Made by a program: the position numbers and the translations under genes
DNA from: Malacoraja senta
Taxonomy: Eukaryota
Direction of reading: 5' to 3'
Length of the DNA stretch: 64,000 nucleotides
Assembly (NCBI GenBank): GCA_038087875.1
Contig: CM075987.1
Coordinates: forward strand, 15,998,001 to 16,062,000
In this document: positions 1-13,100 of the stretch, piece by piece
How the letters are laid out: each line of letters starts with the position of its first letter
How positions within the stretch are numbered: the stretch's first letter is position 1
Notes under the pieces: model-generated
The model's database searches: none
The model's input: only the letters and a program-made list of their open reading frames with translations
What the model was told of the DNA's origin: nothing

Positions 1-150
1 TGAAAAAAAGTTGCCCCAACCCCACCCCACACATAAAACAAACCAAGGAGCATTAAAACATACTTTTTAACACATACTAAAAATAACAAAATGAAGAAAG
101 GACAGACAGACTGTTGGCGAGGCAGCCACTGCTGGTGGCGCCACCCGGTG
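1..150 (-). mobile_element. End of an interspersed element related to the one at 48860-49550
   Basis: Shares a gacagac(a/g)gactg...gagg...gc terminal motif and A-rich flank with 49500-49550. Confidence 0.4.
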
Positions 151-1042
151 ATAGGTTCAGTAAGAAGTGCACAGGAAATACAAATAACGTGGCAAAAATA
201 CAGATAACGTGGCAAAAATATAGGGCTGATTTTCATTGATCTAGGCCTACCACTCTGATCTGCCACCATTTTTGTCGATGTCGCTTGTATACCGGGATGA
301 ATTGAGGAAGTTCAACTTGCTTGCAGAAATGGCTGTGGAAAAATATGGTGAGGCCCTCTGCTCTGCATTGGGCCCACAGTGAGTGAGAGTGATCACACAA
401 GGTGTCTGGATCTGTGCCCTGCCCACAATAATCATCAAGCTGCCAGATCATTCTCCGAAAACCTGTTGTAAACAACTGGTACTGATATAAGTGAGGATAG
501 TTTAAATACTCTCCTCTCAGGTTTTAAACTTCTAGGTATTTTTAAATGCTTCCATAAACTTGAAATAAAATTAATAACCTACAAAGTGTTGTAAAATTTC
601 AAAGAAACTAGTTTAGTTTAGTTTAGTTTAGATTAGAGATACAGTGTGGGAACAGGCCCTTCGGTCCACTGAGTCTGTGGCTACCAGCAATCACCCCTAC
701 ACCAGATCTATAGTACACATTAGGGGCAAAGACACAAAATGCTGGAGTAACTCAGTGGGACAGGCAACATCTCTGCATTGAAGGAATGGGTGACGTTTCA
801 GGTCGGAACCAAATAAAAGTGTTGTGAAATAAAATGGAAGTCCACAAAACTGGACTTTAATATTAAGAAAAATAAAGATGTTTTTTGCTAACCTGTTTGA
901 ACATCACTTTGTCCATGTGATAGTTTGCCCCTTATATTTTGTTTCACATTTCACATTATACAATGTACACATGTATGAAACTTTGCAATATATTTCTATA
1001 ACCAGGGATCTATAATAATAATGATTTTTATTTAATTTCAAG

Positions 1043-1131
1043 ATTCACTGCACATTAAATATGTAGAAAAATTGCAGAGTTATTATGAAAATCTCTATCG
1101 TGACTGGATTACAGAAATTGGAAAATGTAAG
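1043..1131 (+). CDS. CCDC180: CCDC180 exon ([30 protein letters not shown])
   Basis: ttcaag acceptor, AAG|gtgggt donor, phase 1 to 0. Confidence 0.8.
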
Positions 1132-4100
1132 GTGGGTACTAAAGTGCTAAAGGATTGAAAGTACAGATGCCTGAAGGATGTAGATATGCACCACCAGGGA
1201 ACCAATAGTTGGGATGGCAAGTAGCACAGCGGGGTAGATCTGCTGCAGAGACCTGGGTTCATTCCTGATCTTGGGTGCTGTCTGTGTGGAGTTTGCATGT
1301 TCTCTCTGTGACTAGGTGGGTTTCCTCCGGGTGTTGCGGTGTCCTCCCACATCCCAAAGTCATGCAGGTTTGTAGGTTAATTGGCTTCTGTAAAATGCCC
1401 CTAATGTGTAGTTAGTGGATGAAAAAGTGGGATAACATTGAACTAGTGTGACTGGATGATCGATGATTGACTCAATGGGCCGAAGGGTATATTTATTTAA
1501 AGTTTAAAATTTAAAAATGCTTCAAGTATGACTAGAATGATTTAGATGAACGGATAGAAACCCACATGTCTAAATTTTCAATGAGCATAGTTTGGGCGGT
1601 CGCGGTGGCGCAGCGGTAGAGTTGCTGCCTTACAGTGAATGCAGCGCCTGAGACTGGATTCGATCCCGACAACGGGTGCTGTCTGTACGGAGTTTGTACG
1701 TTCTCCCGGTGACCTGCGTGGGTTTTCTCCGAGATCTTCGGTTTCCTCCCACACTCCAAAGACGTACAGGTTTGTAGGTTAATTGGCTTGGTAAATGTAA
1801 AAATGTTCACTAGTGGGTGCAAGGATAGTGTTAACATGTGGGGATCGCTGGTCGGCGCGGACTCGGTGGGCCCAAGGGCTGTTTCCGCGCTGTATCTCTA
1901 AACTAAACTAAGCTAAATAACTAAATAACTTTGATTGGTATTGCTACGTAACAGAGGTTGGCCAGTTTATATTGTGGAGAACTGCTTTAAATAGAAATGG
2001 TTTAGTATAGATCTCTCATTTGCTCTATGGAACAAATAGAAACACGTTTTAAAGTTGTTCCTGGAGCACGTACTTCATATTTATTAATGCAGTACTGTTG
2101 AGGAATGAGTGGGTTAGCATATGATGAGTGCTTGATAGCACTGGGCCTCTACTCGCCAGAGTTTAGAAGGTTGAGGGGGGACCTCATTGAAACTTACAGA
2201 ATAATGAAAGACATAGATAGGCGTAGAGAGAGTGAATGTGGAAAGGATGTTTCTACTGGTGGGAGAGTTTAGGACCAGAGGTCATAGCCTCAGAATTAAA
2301 GGGCGCTCTTTTAGAAAGGAGGTGAGGAGGGCAGTTAATCTGTGGAACTCATTGCCACGGAAGGCTGTGGAGGCCAAGCCAGTGGACATTTTAAGGTAGA
2401 AATAGACAAATTCTTGATTGGAATGGGTGTCAAGGGTTATGGGGAGAAGGCAGAAAAATGGGATTAGGAGTCAGAGAACAGCCATGAATGTCTCGATAGG
2501 CCGAATGGCCTCGTTCTACTCCTGTAACTTGTGAACTTGAGGTTGAAGGAATATCAACAGAAACAGTAACATTGTTAGAGAATCATTAACTAACCATAAA
2601 ATGGGGCAAAACTGGAACCTGAATGTGGAACATTTGTAATGTCAAAGCCACGCGATGGACTCTGTTGCCCTTGTGCCGTTTTTCTGTGGTGGTGGTGATG
2701 ATGAAGGAAGAATTATATCATTTAGTTTATTGGTTTCTGCAGATATAGCCTTACATAATGTGGTTCACTCTCAATTGCCTTCTGAAGAGATCTGGCAAAA
2801 GACCCAGTGATTGTGGGAAAAGAATTTCAAGAAAATGACTATTTACCAACTTGTCTTTCCCAATGATACATTATAAGCTACTAAGTGAAAGATTCCTTTG
2901 TACTTTATTAGGTGTTTATAACCTGATCAGGTGATATTGTTTATTAATTCCTGGTGCAACAACATATGGTGGAAATGCTGCCTACTTGTTATTGTGTTAT
3001 CTACAATGACATTTTTTTGTATATTTCTTGCTTCAGGAAGAGTTATTGAGATCAAAAACCTGTACAGAAAAAGAAGCCACTCTGCTGATGGTTTCTGACT
3101 TTCTCCCTCTTCTTGGCAATTTACAACGCCACTTTGAAAATGAGCTGTCCGCTGTCGATGTAAGTCTTTATTTCTGAAGAAGCATTTATCCAAAAAGGGG
3201 CAGCATGGTGGCACAGCAGTAGAGTTGCTGCCATACAGCGCCAGTGACCTGGGTTCGATCCTGACTGCAGGTGCTGTCTGTATGGAATTTGTACGTCCTC
3301 CCCGTGACCAGCATGGGTTTTCTCCGGCAGTTCCGGTTTCCACCCACACTCCAAAGTGTTAGTGTGCGGGGATTGCTGGTCGGCGTAGACTCCAGGACCA
3401 AAGTGTCTACTTACATGCTGTTTCTCTAAACTAAACTAAACTAAACTTTATGGCAGTTGAATCAATGAAGACAGCCAATGTTCTAAGTGGGAAAACACCT
3501 AATGAGAAATAGTTGTTTTAAAATCCAGTTCAGATTTTCTCTGGCAACTAGGCAATGGGCTTAGAGCAGTTTGATGGTGAATTGTTTTCTTGTGGGAAGG
3601 GACATTTTAATGCATGATCTTGTTGTCATTGGGAAAATTCCAATCAACCTGTTGCTTTAAGAGCCACAGTGAGTAATGGTGCAGCATGTTTCAGTACAAT
3701 GTAATAGGAATTGGGGTCTGACCAAATACACCACTGGAGACAGCAACCAATTCTCCATTTGTTAAAGTAAGAAAAAAGTAAAACTTTGTCTCTGTAAATT
3801 ATTTTTATTACTGAATTTAACTTGTGATTTGGAAATTGGAATCACATGCTTTACAGCCCCGTCCCACGGTACGAGTTCATTCCAAGAACTATCCCGAATT
3901 GGCCCTGATTCGAACTCGGAGATTTACGGTGAAGGCCACTCGTCGGTACACGGGGCTCTCGTGGACATTTTTCAACATGTTGAAAAATCTTCACAAGTCT
4001 TCCCGTGCTTACCTGCTGTTAGCGAGTCTTCCCGAGTACCTGCCGTTAGCGGTACGAGCCGCTAAGAGACGTCCCCGAGCTCCGACGTACCCGCTACGTT

Positions 4101-7100
4101 CATTCTCCGTGCTTACCACGAGTTTGATTTTTTTAAAACTCGGGAGATCTCTTGGAATGAACTCGTACCGTGGGACAGGGCTATTAAATTACCAAATATA
4201 GCCTTGATCAGAACAGATGTTCAGAATCATATTCAATCTGATTCAGATTAATGTATTACCAGATGCACCAGTGCAAAAATCCTTGTTTACATGAAGCACA
4301 CAGAGTAACAGCCTCATCCCCCATCCTAATCTAAGGGGCTATTCTGAATGGGATAATGTAAGGTGACTGTCTACCAATCATACAAGTACAATAGCTCACT
4401 GATCAATCCCTAAGAGGCATTTATCAAATTGTGAAGTGACAGGAAGATTGCCTCAATATTTCCTTCTACATACTGTGATCAATGTGTAATTTTTGTTTCA
4501 TCCCCCCCCCCCCCCCCCCCATTTACAGAAACACATGGAGAACTTGGCCCAGCAGACAGAACATAATTGTAAGGAGTTGTTTAATACTAGTCATGAAAGT
4601 TCTTCTCTATGGGAGGAGCATAAAATGAATTTAATTGAACTGGAAGACCAGCTGAAAGAACACCTGGATGACTGTCGCAAGAAGCATGATAAAACAAATC
4701 AGGTAGCCAGACAGTTCCGGAATGTGAAATTATACTGAAGTTAATTTGCAGGTCTCCATTCAAATATAAAACCGTGATGTGTGTAATGTGACCATAATCT
4801 GAACTGCTCCAAATTCCTTCCCTGTGATTTTATTGAATTTAACTTTCATTTGCCGATGTCCGACTCATGGGAATTATTTTAGTCTCCATTAATAATTTGC
4901 CAATGTTGTCTCGTTATTTCATGAGATTGCTCATTCTACTCCAAAAATGTGTATGTTTGCTGCCAGCAAAAAATGTTTTTCACTGCCAAGAATCACAAAT
5001 TATCACTCAATAAAACTGCAAGGCAGACGATCCGAACTCCTTGAAACCCGGCATAAGTGTGCAATATATTAGAAACAAGGAACTGCAGATGCTGGTTTAC
5101 AAAGAAGACACAGTGTGCTGGAGTAACTCAGTGCGTGAGGCAGCAACTCTGAAGAATGTGGATAGGTGACATTTTGGGTCGGGATTCGTCGCTGTCACCC
5201 AGAGATGCTGCCTGACCCACTGTGTTATTTAAGCAGTTTGTGTCATCTTGTGCAACATATTACCTGCCTGATTAACACCAATGACTCCAATAACATTTTC
5301 GATTTTTAGGCTTCTGATTTTCTGCTGTTCATAATACGTTTTTGAACATAATCTTTTCCAATGGATGCAATTTAATTTACCTGTCAGTGTCCACAGATTT
5401 TAGGATCATCTGTGTTTGTTACAAAAGCTGTCACTGAAGCCATTAAATATAGTACTATAAAGTAAGTTGTTTGGGAATCCTTTAAATACAGTGATCTTAT
5501 CCTTGTATAATTATTTAGTGCTTTGAACATCACTCTTATTAGAGTGATAAAGTCATAAGCTACAGAAACAGGCCCATTGGCCCACCATGCCCCTGCTGAC
5601 AATTAAGTACCCATTTATACTAATCCCAGTTGGTTGTTTGTGCGGCTATTATTGAAAATACAGTGCTTGCTTACTGCCCTACTCCAACAAAGCTTGCAGC
5701 CAAGTTCCCAAACCTTTGATATAAGCTATAACAACACCATGACACTATAACACTTGGAGAGAATAAGCACATTCCCTTTTAAGAAGTTCAAGCATAACTT
5801 TAAAAATCAGTGCTGACCAAATCCCCACAAAACTCATCCCCTGAATAAAACCTTTCAGCATTACATCCATGACAATAAGGTTGGAGTATGAATTTTATGT
5901 GCAACTAATATCAGAATAAAGAGGTTAATTTTAAATCATGATTGTAGTGCATGTTTTACACACAAAGCATCTCCTCCCTCTTTGTTTTTTTTCATCGATG
6001 AGATATAAATGTATTTCAGAAAATTACACTGCCAGTTGCATAACTGAATGTTGTCAAAAAGCGTGAAGTAGTAATATTCCAAGAAGTAATGACAAATGTA
6101 ATTATCTTTAAGATTTATGTGAAATATCTGTTCACTATTGGTATACATTTTCTCCTATCCCTTCTCCAAATTTATAAAAACAGCCATATTTTCAGTCATG
6201 GAACAGGATGTTCATGTTAAGGTGTAGATTTACGTTCAAAGTTGTCACATGTACCAAGGTGCAATGAAAAGCTTGGTTGTGCATGCTATCCAATCAGATC
6301 AGATAATAAAATACATAAAATACAATCAAGTCAAACTCGAGTACAATAGGTTAAGCAAAGGGAAAGGTACAGAGTGGAGAATATAGTTCGCAGCATTGTA
6401 GTGCAACAGTTCTATAGACAAAGTCTATGTATCACATTAAAGGTTAAATCTTTTCTCAGACAAGAGAAGCAAATTTAGACCTGCATATCGATCAGCTGAG
6501 ACAGGATAACACACAAATGGAACTGAAGGCAGACTACAAGAAGGCTCTCTGTCTACTGAAAAAAATCAAAAAAGGGCAAGTATTTTTACCATGGAAGGCT
6601 TCTCCAGTTTGCATATTTTCAACCTTCAGCAGGGATAATGAAATGTCAATGAAAAGAGCAGGTTGAGGGGGTTAAGCTGAATTTTGACTTTACAAATTGT
6701 TCAGTTGCGCAGTGCACAGGCCCAACAATTTAATAATTGCCAACTTTCAGATTGACTTGAACATTTTTGAATTTGGTGCTTCAGTGAAAAAGCATTAAGA
6801 AGCAGAGTTTTTATTCATATCTGGAAGGTAGTCAAAAATGCTGGAGAAACTCAGCAGGTGAGGCAGCATATATGGAATATCTGGACATATCACTGGCAAG
6901 ATTTGCATTTATTGTCTATCCCTTATTGCTCTTGAGATGGTTGTGCTGAAGAAAATACTCCCACATTGCTTTTAGCAGGGAGTTCAAGAGTCTAGAGTGT
7001 TTAATTATTTTATGTTCTAACCATAGGCCAATGAAATTTTTGCTTGCTGCAGCTTAACAGGCCCATAAACACAATAACACACAAATAAATATATAATAAT

Positions 7101-10100
7101 CAATAATATAATAAGTAAGAAATATCCCATAACCTTAATGATACAAAACCGGTCCATAGAAGATCATAGTTTTAGTTTAGTTTAGAGATACAGCATGGAA
7201 ACAGGCCCTTCGGCCCACCGAATCCACACAGACCAGTGATCCCTGCATGTTAACACTATCCTACGCACATTAGGGACAATTTGCACATACACCAAGCCAA
7301 TTACATACCTGTATGTCTTTGGAGTGTGGGAGGAAACTGAAGATCTCGGAGAAAACCCATGCGGTCACAGGGAGAACGTACAAACTCCGTACAGACAGAC
7401 CCCGTAGTTGGGATCAAACCCAGGTCTCCGGTGCTGCAACTCTCCGCTGCACCACCATGCCGCCCTGAGGTGGCAGTTGCTGAGGTAGTGGTTAGCATTG
7501 TGCAGTGCTAGACATTGATGGTTGCTGGGAATTAGCTGTTTTTGTACCTGGTGGATGCGGTTTTCAGGCTCTTGTACCTTCTTCCTGATGGTGGTGAGAA
7601 AATGAGGGCATGGCCAAGATTCAGTCCAGCTATGATGAAGGACCAGCTATACAACAATACACACGTCACTGTATCATGTGTTTGGGGCACAAAAAGTTGG
7701 AAAAATTCTACTTCCTTGAAGTTATTCCAATTAGAATCCTTATGTACACAGTTACTGAAGACAAGCAACAGAAACTAGGCTTTTACTTTGTTCCCTGTTT
7801 GGGTTGCATGCCTTGAAAATTATCCTCAGTAAGTTGTCTCTGTGAACTGATAACACTATGCTGTAGGAAGTATGGATGCTTTTGCTGTTCTATCATATTT
7901 AGCTTTTACTGAAATGAGCATGGCACAATAAAGTAACTCTGCTGCATTTCCAGCACATGCATTACATGTGTTTTAGTAAATTTGTTATAACCATGTAATG
8001 CTGGGAGCAGTATTAATCTGTCTTATTTTGTACACAGATACGAAGTTTTTCACCAAAAACAGATCCAAGTAGTCAACAAATATCCTTCTACAGTGAAGAT
8101 GGAACTGCACAGATTCAGCGCTGCCGTCAGTAAATATTTTGACGTGTTCGAAATCTATAAACTGGTATGACCTTTTAACAGGTTCATTGAATATGGGGGA
8201 AATATCTTAACATTTTACTTTTCTTAACAAGTATCAGCATAGACATAATGTAATTCCCTGCTTTACTGGGCTAGTCCCATTTTCCTGTATTTGACCCATA
8301 GCCCTCTAAACCCTTCCTTATCCATGTATCCAAATGTCTTTTAAAAGTCAGAATTGTATCTGCTTTTATAGCTTCCTCTGGCTGCTCATACCCGATACTA
8401 ACTACGGTCTGAGTGAAAAAGTTACCCACGAGGTCCCTCTTAAATCTCTCCCCTCTCACCATAAACCTATGGCCTCCAGTTTTTGAATCCTCTACCTTGG
8501 AGGAATGTGGTAAAAAGACTGAATGTTCACCTTATCCATGCCGCTCATGATTTTGTACTCCTCAATACAATCACCCCTCAGCCTCCTATGTGTAAAGGGG
8601 CTGTCCCATTTGGGCGACCTAATTGGCGAGTTTAGGAGAGTTTGAAAAAATGTCATCTTGAAAACCTCCTTCAACCTCCTTCGACTATGTTGAAGACTAG
8701 CTTCGACTAGCTACGACTAGCTATGACTAACTTCGGGGAAATTGTACACCGAATAGTGGAGAGTGAAGACGACCTCCTTCGATCTCCTTCGACCTCCCTT
8801 CGACCTCCATTCGACTATGATGAAGACTATCTACGACTACCTTCGACTACCCTCGATTACCTACGACTAACATACCGACCTACTACGATCTACTACGACT
8901 AAACCTACGAGTAAAAAAAGTATCCATTTTTCCATGGCAACCTTTTTTTAATCGCGGGCAATTTTCAACATGTTGAAAAATACGCCGCGACCTAGCTGAG
9001 GCCTCGAGTACACGGGGACTACTCTCGAGCATGAAGGAGAGTTACAAAGAGCTCCTAACGACCTCGTGTCGACCAAGCTGCGAGTATGAGTCAAGGGCAA
9101 ACTCGCCAGAACTCGTGGATTAGGTCGCCCAAGTGGGACAGCCCCTTAAGTGTCCCCCTTTGCTCCCCTGCAAGGTGTGGATATCCCTCCCCTCATCTCC
9201 AGTGGGCTATCAGCTTTACAACTGATACAGCTGTACAAATGGGCTAGCTTCCATCACGGCTGCTGTAGCAGGATTGCTGACAGTTGCTGTCCCTTGTGAG
9301 GGTGGGTAAGTGGATGAGTGAAGTCCTGGCTCCATCTCTGATGTTTAATTTTCACTTGGCGGAAATGAATTGAAAGCCATCCTAACTAGCATCATTTAAC
9401 ACTGAAATTGTAGAAGAGTTTACATTTTGTACTTCAGATCTAGGGTATTCAAATATTGGAATGTTCCTAAGCAAGACACATAGTAGAAGGTTTTAACCTG
9501 TGTGAAGATTTTGTGCCTCCTTGTATTTGTTCATCTGTATTATAGGTATGTTTGTTCTTTGCTCTAAGGAACAACCAAGGATAATAATAGAATCTCCTAA
9601 ACAGGATAAAGAAGTATTTCCGACTGAAGGTTTGCTGCTTTACTTACAACTTAAATACTTTGTTGGCATCACCCCTTCACCACCCCCTCCCCTCAACTTT
9701 TCTGGTCATCCATAAAATGCTCTATACAGTCCTACTTTTATCTTCTCTATGTACAGATTATGTTTTTCGTCTCATGTACCTTACTTTTTTACTTCGTATA
9801 CTCTGACTCTTTGTGTACTTATAAAGCATCCATAAAGAAGCTGAAAAAGACTGGAAGTGCCTAAACCATGCCCTTTGTCTTGGCCAGCAGTCAGAAACAT
9901 TGAACAGCTATTAAAAATTATAATTCATATCAGTGTTTAAAAATGTTGAAACATTTGGAAAAAATAATAAAAACGAAAATATTTATTAAGCTTAAATACA
10001 TTTAGCTTATTTTTAAAATGCAAGTCAAACCTATCTTGATCCCCTGCAGTCATTCTTTCCAATCATGCAAATGGGGACACTCTGCACAGTTAAGCGTTCT

Positions 10101-13100
10101 ATCTGTTGAGCAGCAGCCGACACTAAACGTTCAACTGTATGATTTTCATGATGTGTAATTTTTGATCCTCAACTCTAGAAGCTGTTCAGGAGGGAGTTTC
10201 TGAGCACATTATGAGTGAAAGTGATGTGAGTCCAAGCATAAGGGATGAACCGTTGGCAGAAGAGTCAAACTTCCTTGATGAACACAGTGTAAGGTTATGC
10301 GAAAATGCAGATGCTTCTGTTAAACTACATAGTTCTGTCTAGTGCTGGAGTAACTCAGTGGGTCAGGTAGCAGCTGTGGAGGAAATGTAGGTGACATTTC
10401 GGGTCAGGATCCTTCTTCAGACCAGACTGACCCACCAGGTTACTCGCACAGTGTGTTGTTTGCTCAAGATTCCAGCATCTGCAGTTCCTTGTGTCTCCAC
10501 AGTTCTGTCTGCTGCTGTTTTCTGAAGAACATATCAATGTGTAAATAGAAACAGGAAAAGGTTATTCAGTCCTTTGTGGCTGTCTGCCTCCATTACCTCG
10601 ATATTCTCTACTCTGTACCTTTGTACCGAATGATTGACCTTTTTATGAAACAATGACTACTGGTTCTCAACATAAAATAGGGAAAGTATTAATGCTGTGC
10701 ACTCAAATTCTCCTGCAATAATGGCCACGGACATTTGTCTACCTAATAACATGTTACACCTGCAGGATAATTATCAGTAATTTAAATTCAAGAGTATTGG
10801 AATTAATATATTAAATTCAAGAATTCAGTTGCCTCAATACAAATACCTTTTTCATATCTCACTATCTAAAAATACTTTGCATTTTTTAACTTTTATACCA
10901 AAATGTCCCACATACAGTATTTACCATTTCCTTTCCTTTCATACTCATTTAGCTTCTCCATATACTCTTGAAACCAACATCCACAGATTTGTTCTTATTT
11001 ATGTGGTATTTTATAATCCCATAAGACTCTAATAGATTTGTCAATTATGATTTTGCTTTCATAATTTGCTAATTGTCTAATTCAAGTGCTTCAACTTTCA
11101 TAATAATAGATTCCAACTACTACTACTGATGTCAGGCTAACTGCATCTTCCTTGAATCACTCCTTTCTTCAATGGTGGGGTTATACTGTACTTAGAGGCA
11201 CAAGAGGACCACAGCTGCTGGAATCTTGAGCAAAACACAAAGTGCTGGAGGAACTCATCAGGTCGGGCAGCATCTGTGGAGGGAATGAACAGACGGTGTT
11301 TGGGTCGGAACCTTATTTCAGACTTTGAAGAAGGGTGTATAATCTGAAGGAGGATCGCATCCCTAAACATTGTGTGTCCATTCCCTCCACATATGCTGCC
11401 TGCCTACTGAATTCCTCCAACATTTTATGTTTTGCATGGGGATATATATTTGCTAGCTATCTTTAACAAGGCTTTTGAAAACCTAACATTCTTGGCAATG
11501 CAGATAATACAGGAAGCAGAAGAACATTTGGAAAACGAGTTATCTCAAGAGTATTTGGAAGATGGGTTATCTCTTCAAGGTTATTCGGAAGATGAGGTCT
11601 CTGTTCAAGAGCAGTCGGAAGAAGAGTTATCTCTTCAAGAACATTTGCAAGATGAGTTATCTGTTCAAGAACCTTTGGAAGATGAATTATCTGTTCAGGA
11701 ACTCGGTGTGTATTTTTAAACTAAATAATTTCAAAATAGAATCCAATGATGTTCAGACTGTAGTCATTTTTCTTAAATCTATGCTTGAAGTCATTTTTGA
11801 AATGAATTCCAGCTTTTATTATGATAATGGGAATTGATTCTAATTAGAATCTCATCGTGGATAAAATAGAAATTTGAAAAGAAGTCTGATTATTGGTCCA
11901 CCATGTTTTTATTCCACATCGTTGCAATTCAAAAAAGAGGGCATTGCAATACTGGCAATGTTCTTTCAGCCCTCCAAACAAGCAGAGAGCAAATATATAA
12001 GTAGATTTCTAAGAGGTGTGAAAATAAAAGTAATCTATCCTGATATCCAGATAATCTATCCTGATATTGATTGTGACAGAAAGACTACATAAAGTAAATT
12101 ACAGAATTCTTTAAAATATATTCAAGGCAACCATTGCAGGTCCCCCACACTCGCGGGAATCATCTGATTATATTTCTAGTAAATAATAAAGGGACGGTGA
12201 AATAAAGGGACAGAGATTTGACTGGTCCATCTGCCCACGTATCTCTTTATGTGTTTGATTCTTTACCTTAGGTAACACACTTGATGTGCACACAAAGATT
12301 TCAAAGGAAAGTAGAAACACCAGTAATTTCCCAGACTGGGAGTCATCAAATCATCCCAGTGAATATACGATTGAGGATGGAAATGAAGATGATGAGGTTT
12401 TCTTATTGGATGTACAAATGGTAAAGTCTGGCTGACTATATTTTATCTCTGTACCTCCCACTCCCCTGACATCAGTCCGAATAAGGGTCTCAACCCAAAA
12501 CGTCACCCATTCCTTCTCTCCAGAGATGCTGCCTGTCCCGCTGAGTTACTCCAGCATTTTGTGTCTGTCTTGGTAACGTCTGACTTTTCTTTTCTTTTCT
12601 TGTCCATTTCTTTTCAATCTTGTTTTAGGTTTCCTGCCATCCACAATTTCATTTATGTAGTTAATTTCACCTCAATTGTACATTTTTCATGGGTAAGCAA
12701 GTTTGATGCCCAAGCAATATCTTTCTCCAGCTAGTGAATAAGAACCTTTGTAACATGTTATGCAAACACGGGAATCTGCAGATGCTGCAATCTTGAGTGA
12801 AACACAAAGTGCTGGAGGAACTCAGCGGGTTAGGCAGCATCTGTGGAGGGAATGGACAGACAACATTTTGGGTCGGGACCCTCCTTCAGACCAATAGTTG
12901 AGCAGTTATACTCAAGTTATGCAGAGGGATACAGCCAACGTCTGCTTTCCCACCTGGGTAATTTTGCTAAATATATGACAAGAAACAAATTTGCATGCGT
13001 GAACAGGGTCTCTGCAGTACATGCATTGAAGTCAGGATGGTGAAATAGGAGGAACTCCACCAACATTTATGGCATAATTGACTTGTTGGGAGTGAGGGAG

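Noticed and set aside
245..347. Possible extra upstream CCDC180 exon (AYHSDLPPFLSM...VEKY; ctag acceptor, G|gtgagg donor, phase compatible)
   Set aside because: Only a DLPP resemblance to the expected peptide. Unresolved without RNA-seq or alignment.
1594..1680. tRNA gene
   Set aside because: It is the tRNA-derived head of a V-SINE, continuing into the V-domain and tail. The same applies to the other copies.
3824..4201. 125-aa ORF
   Set aside because: It coincides with MITE A and has no transposase motifs.
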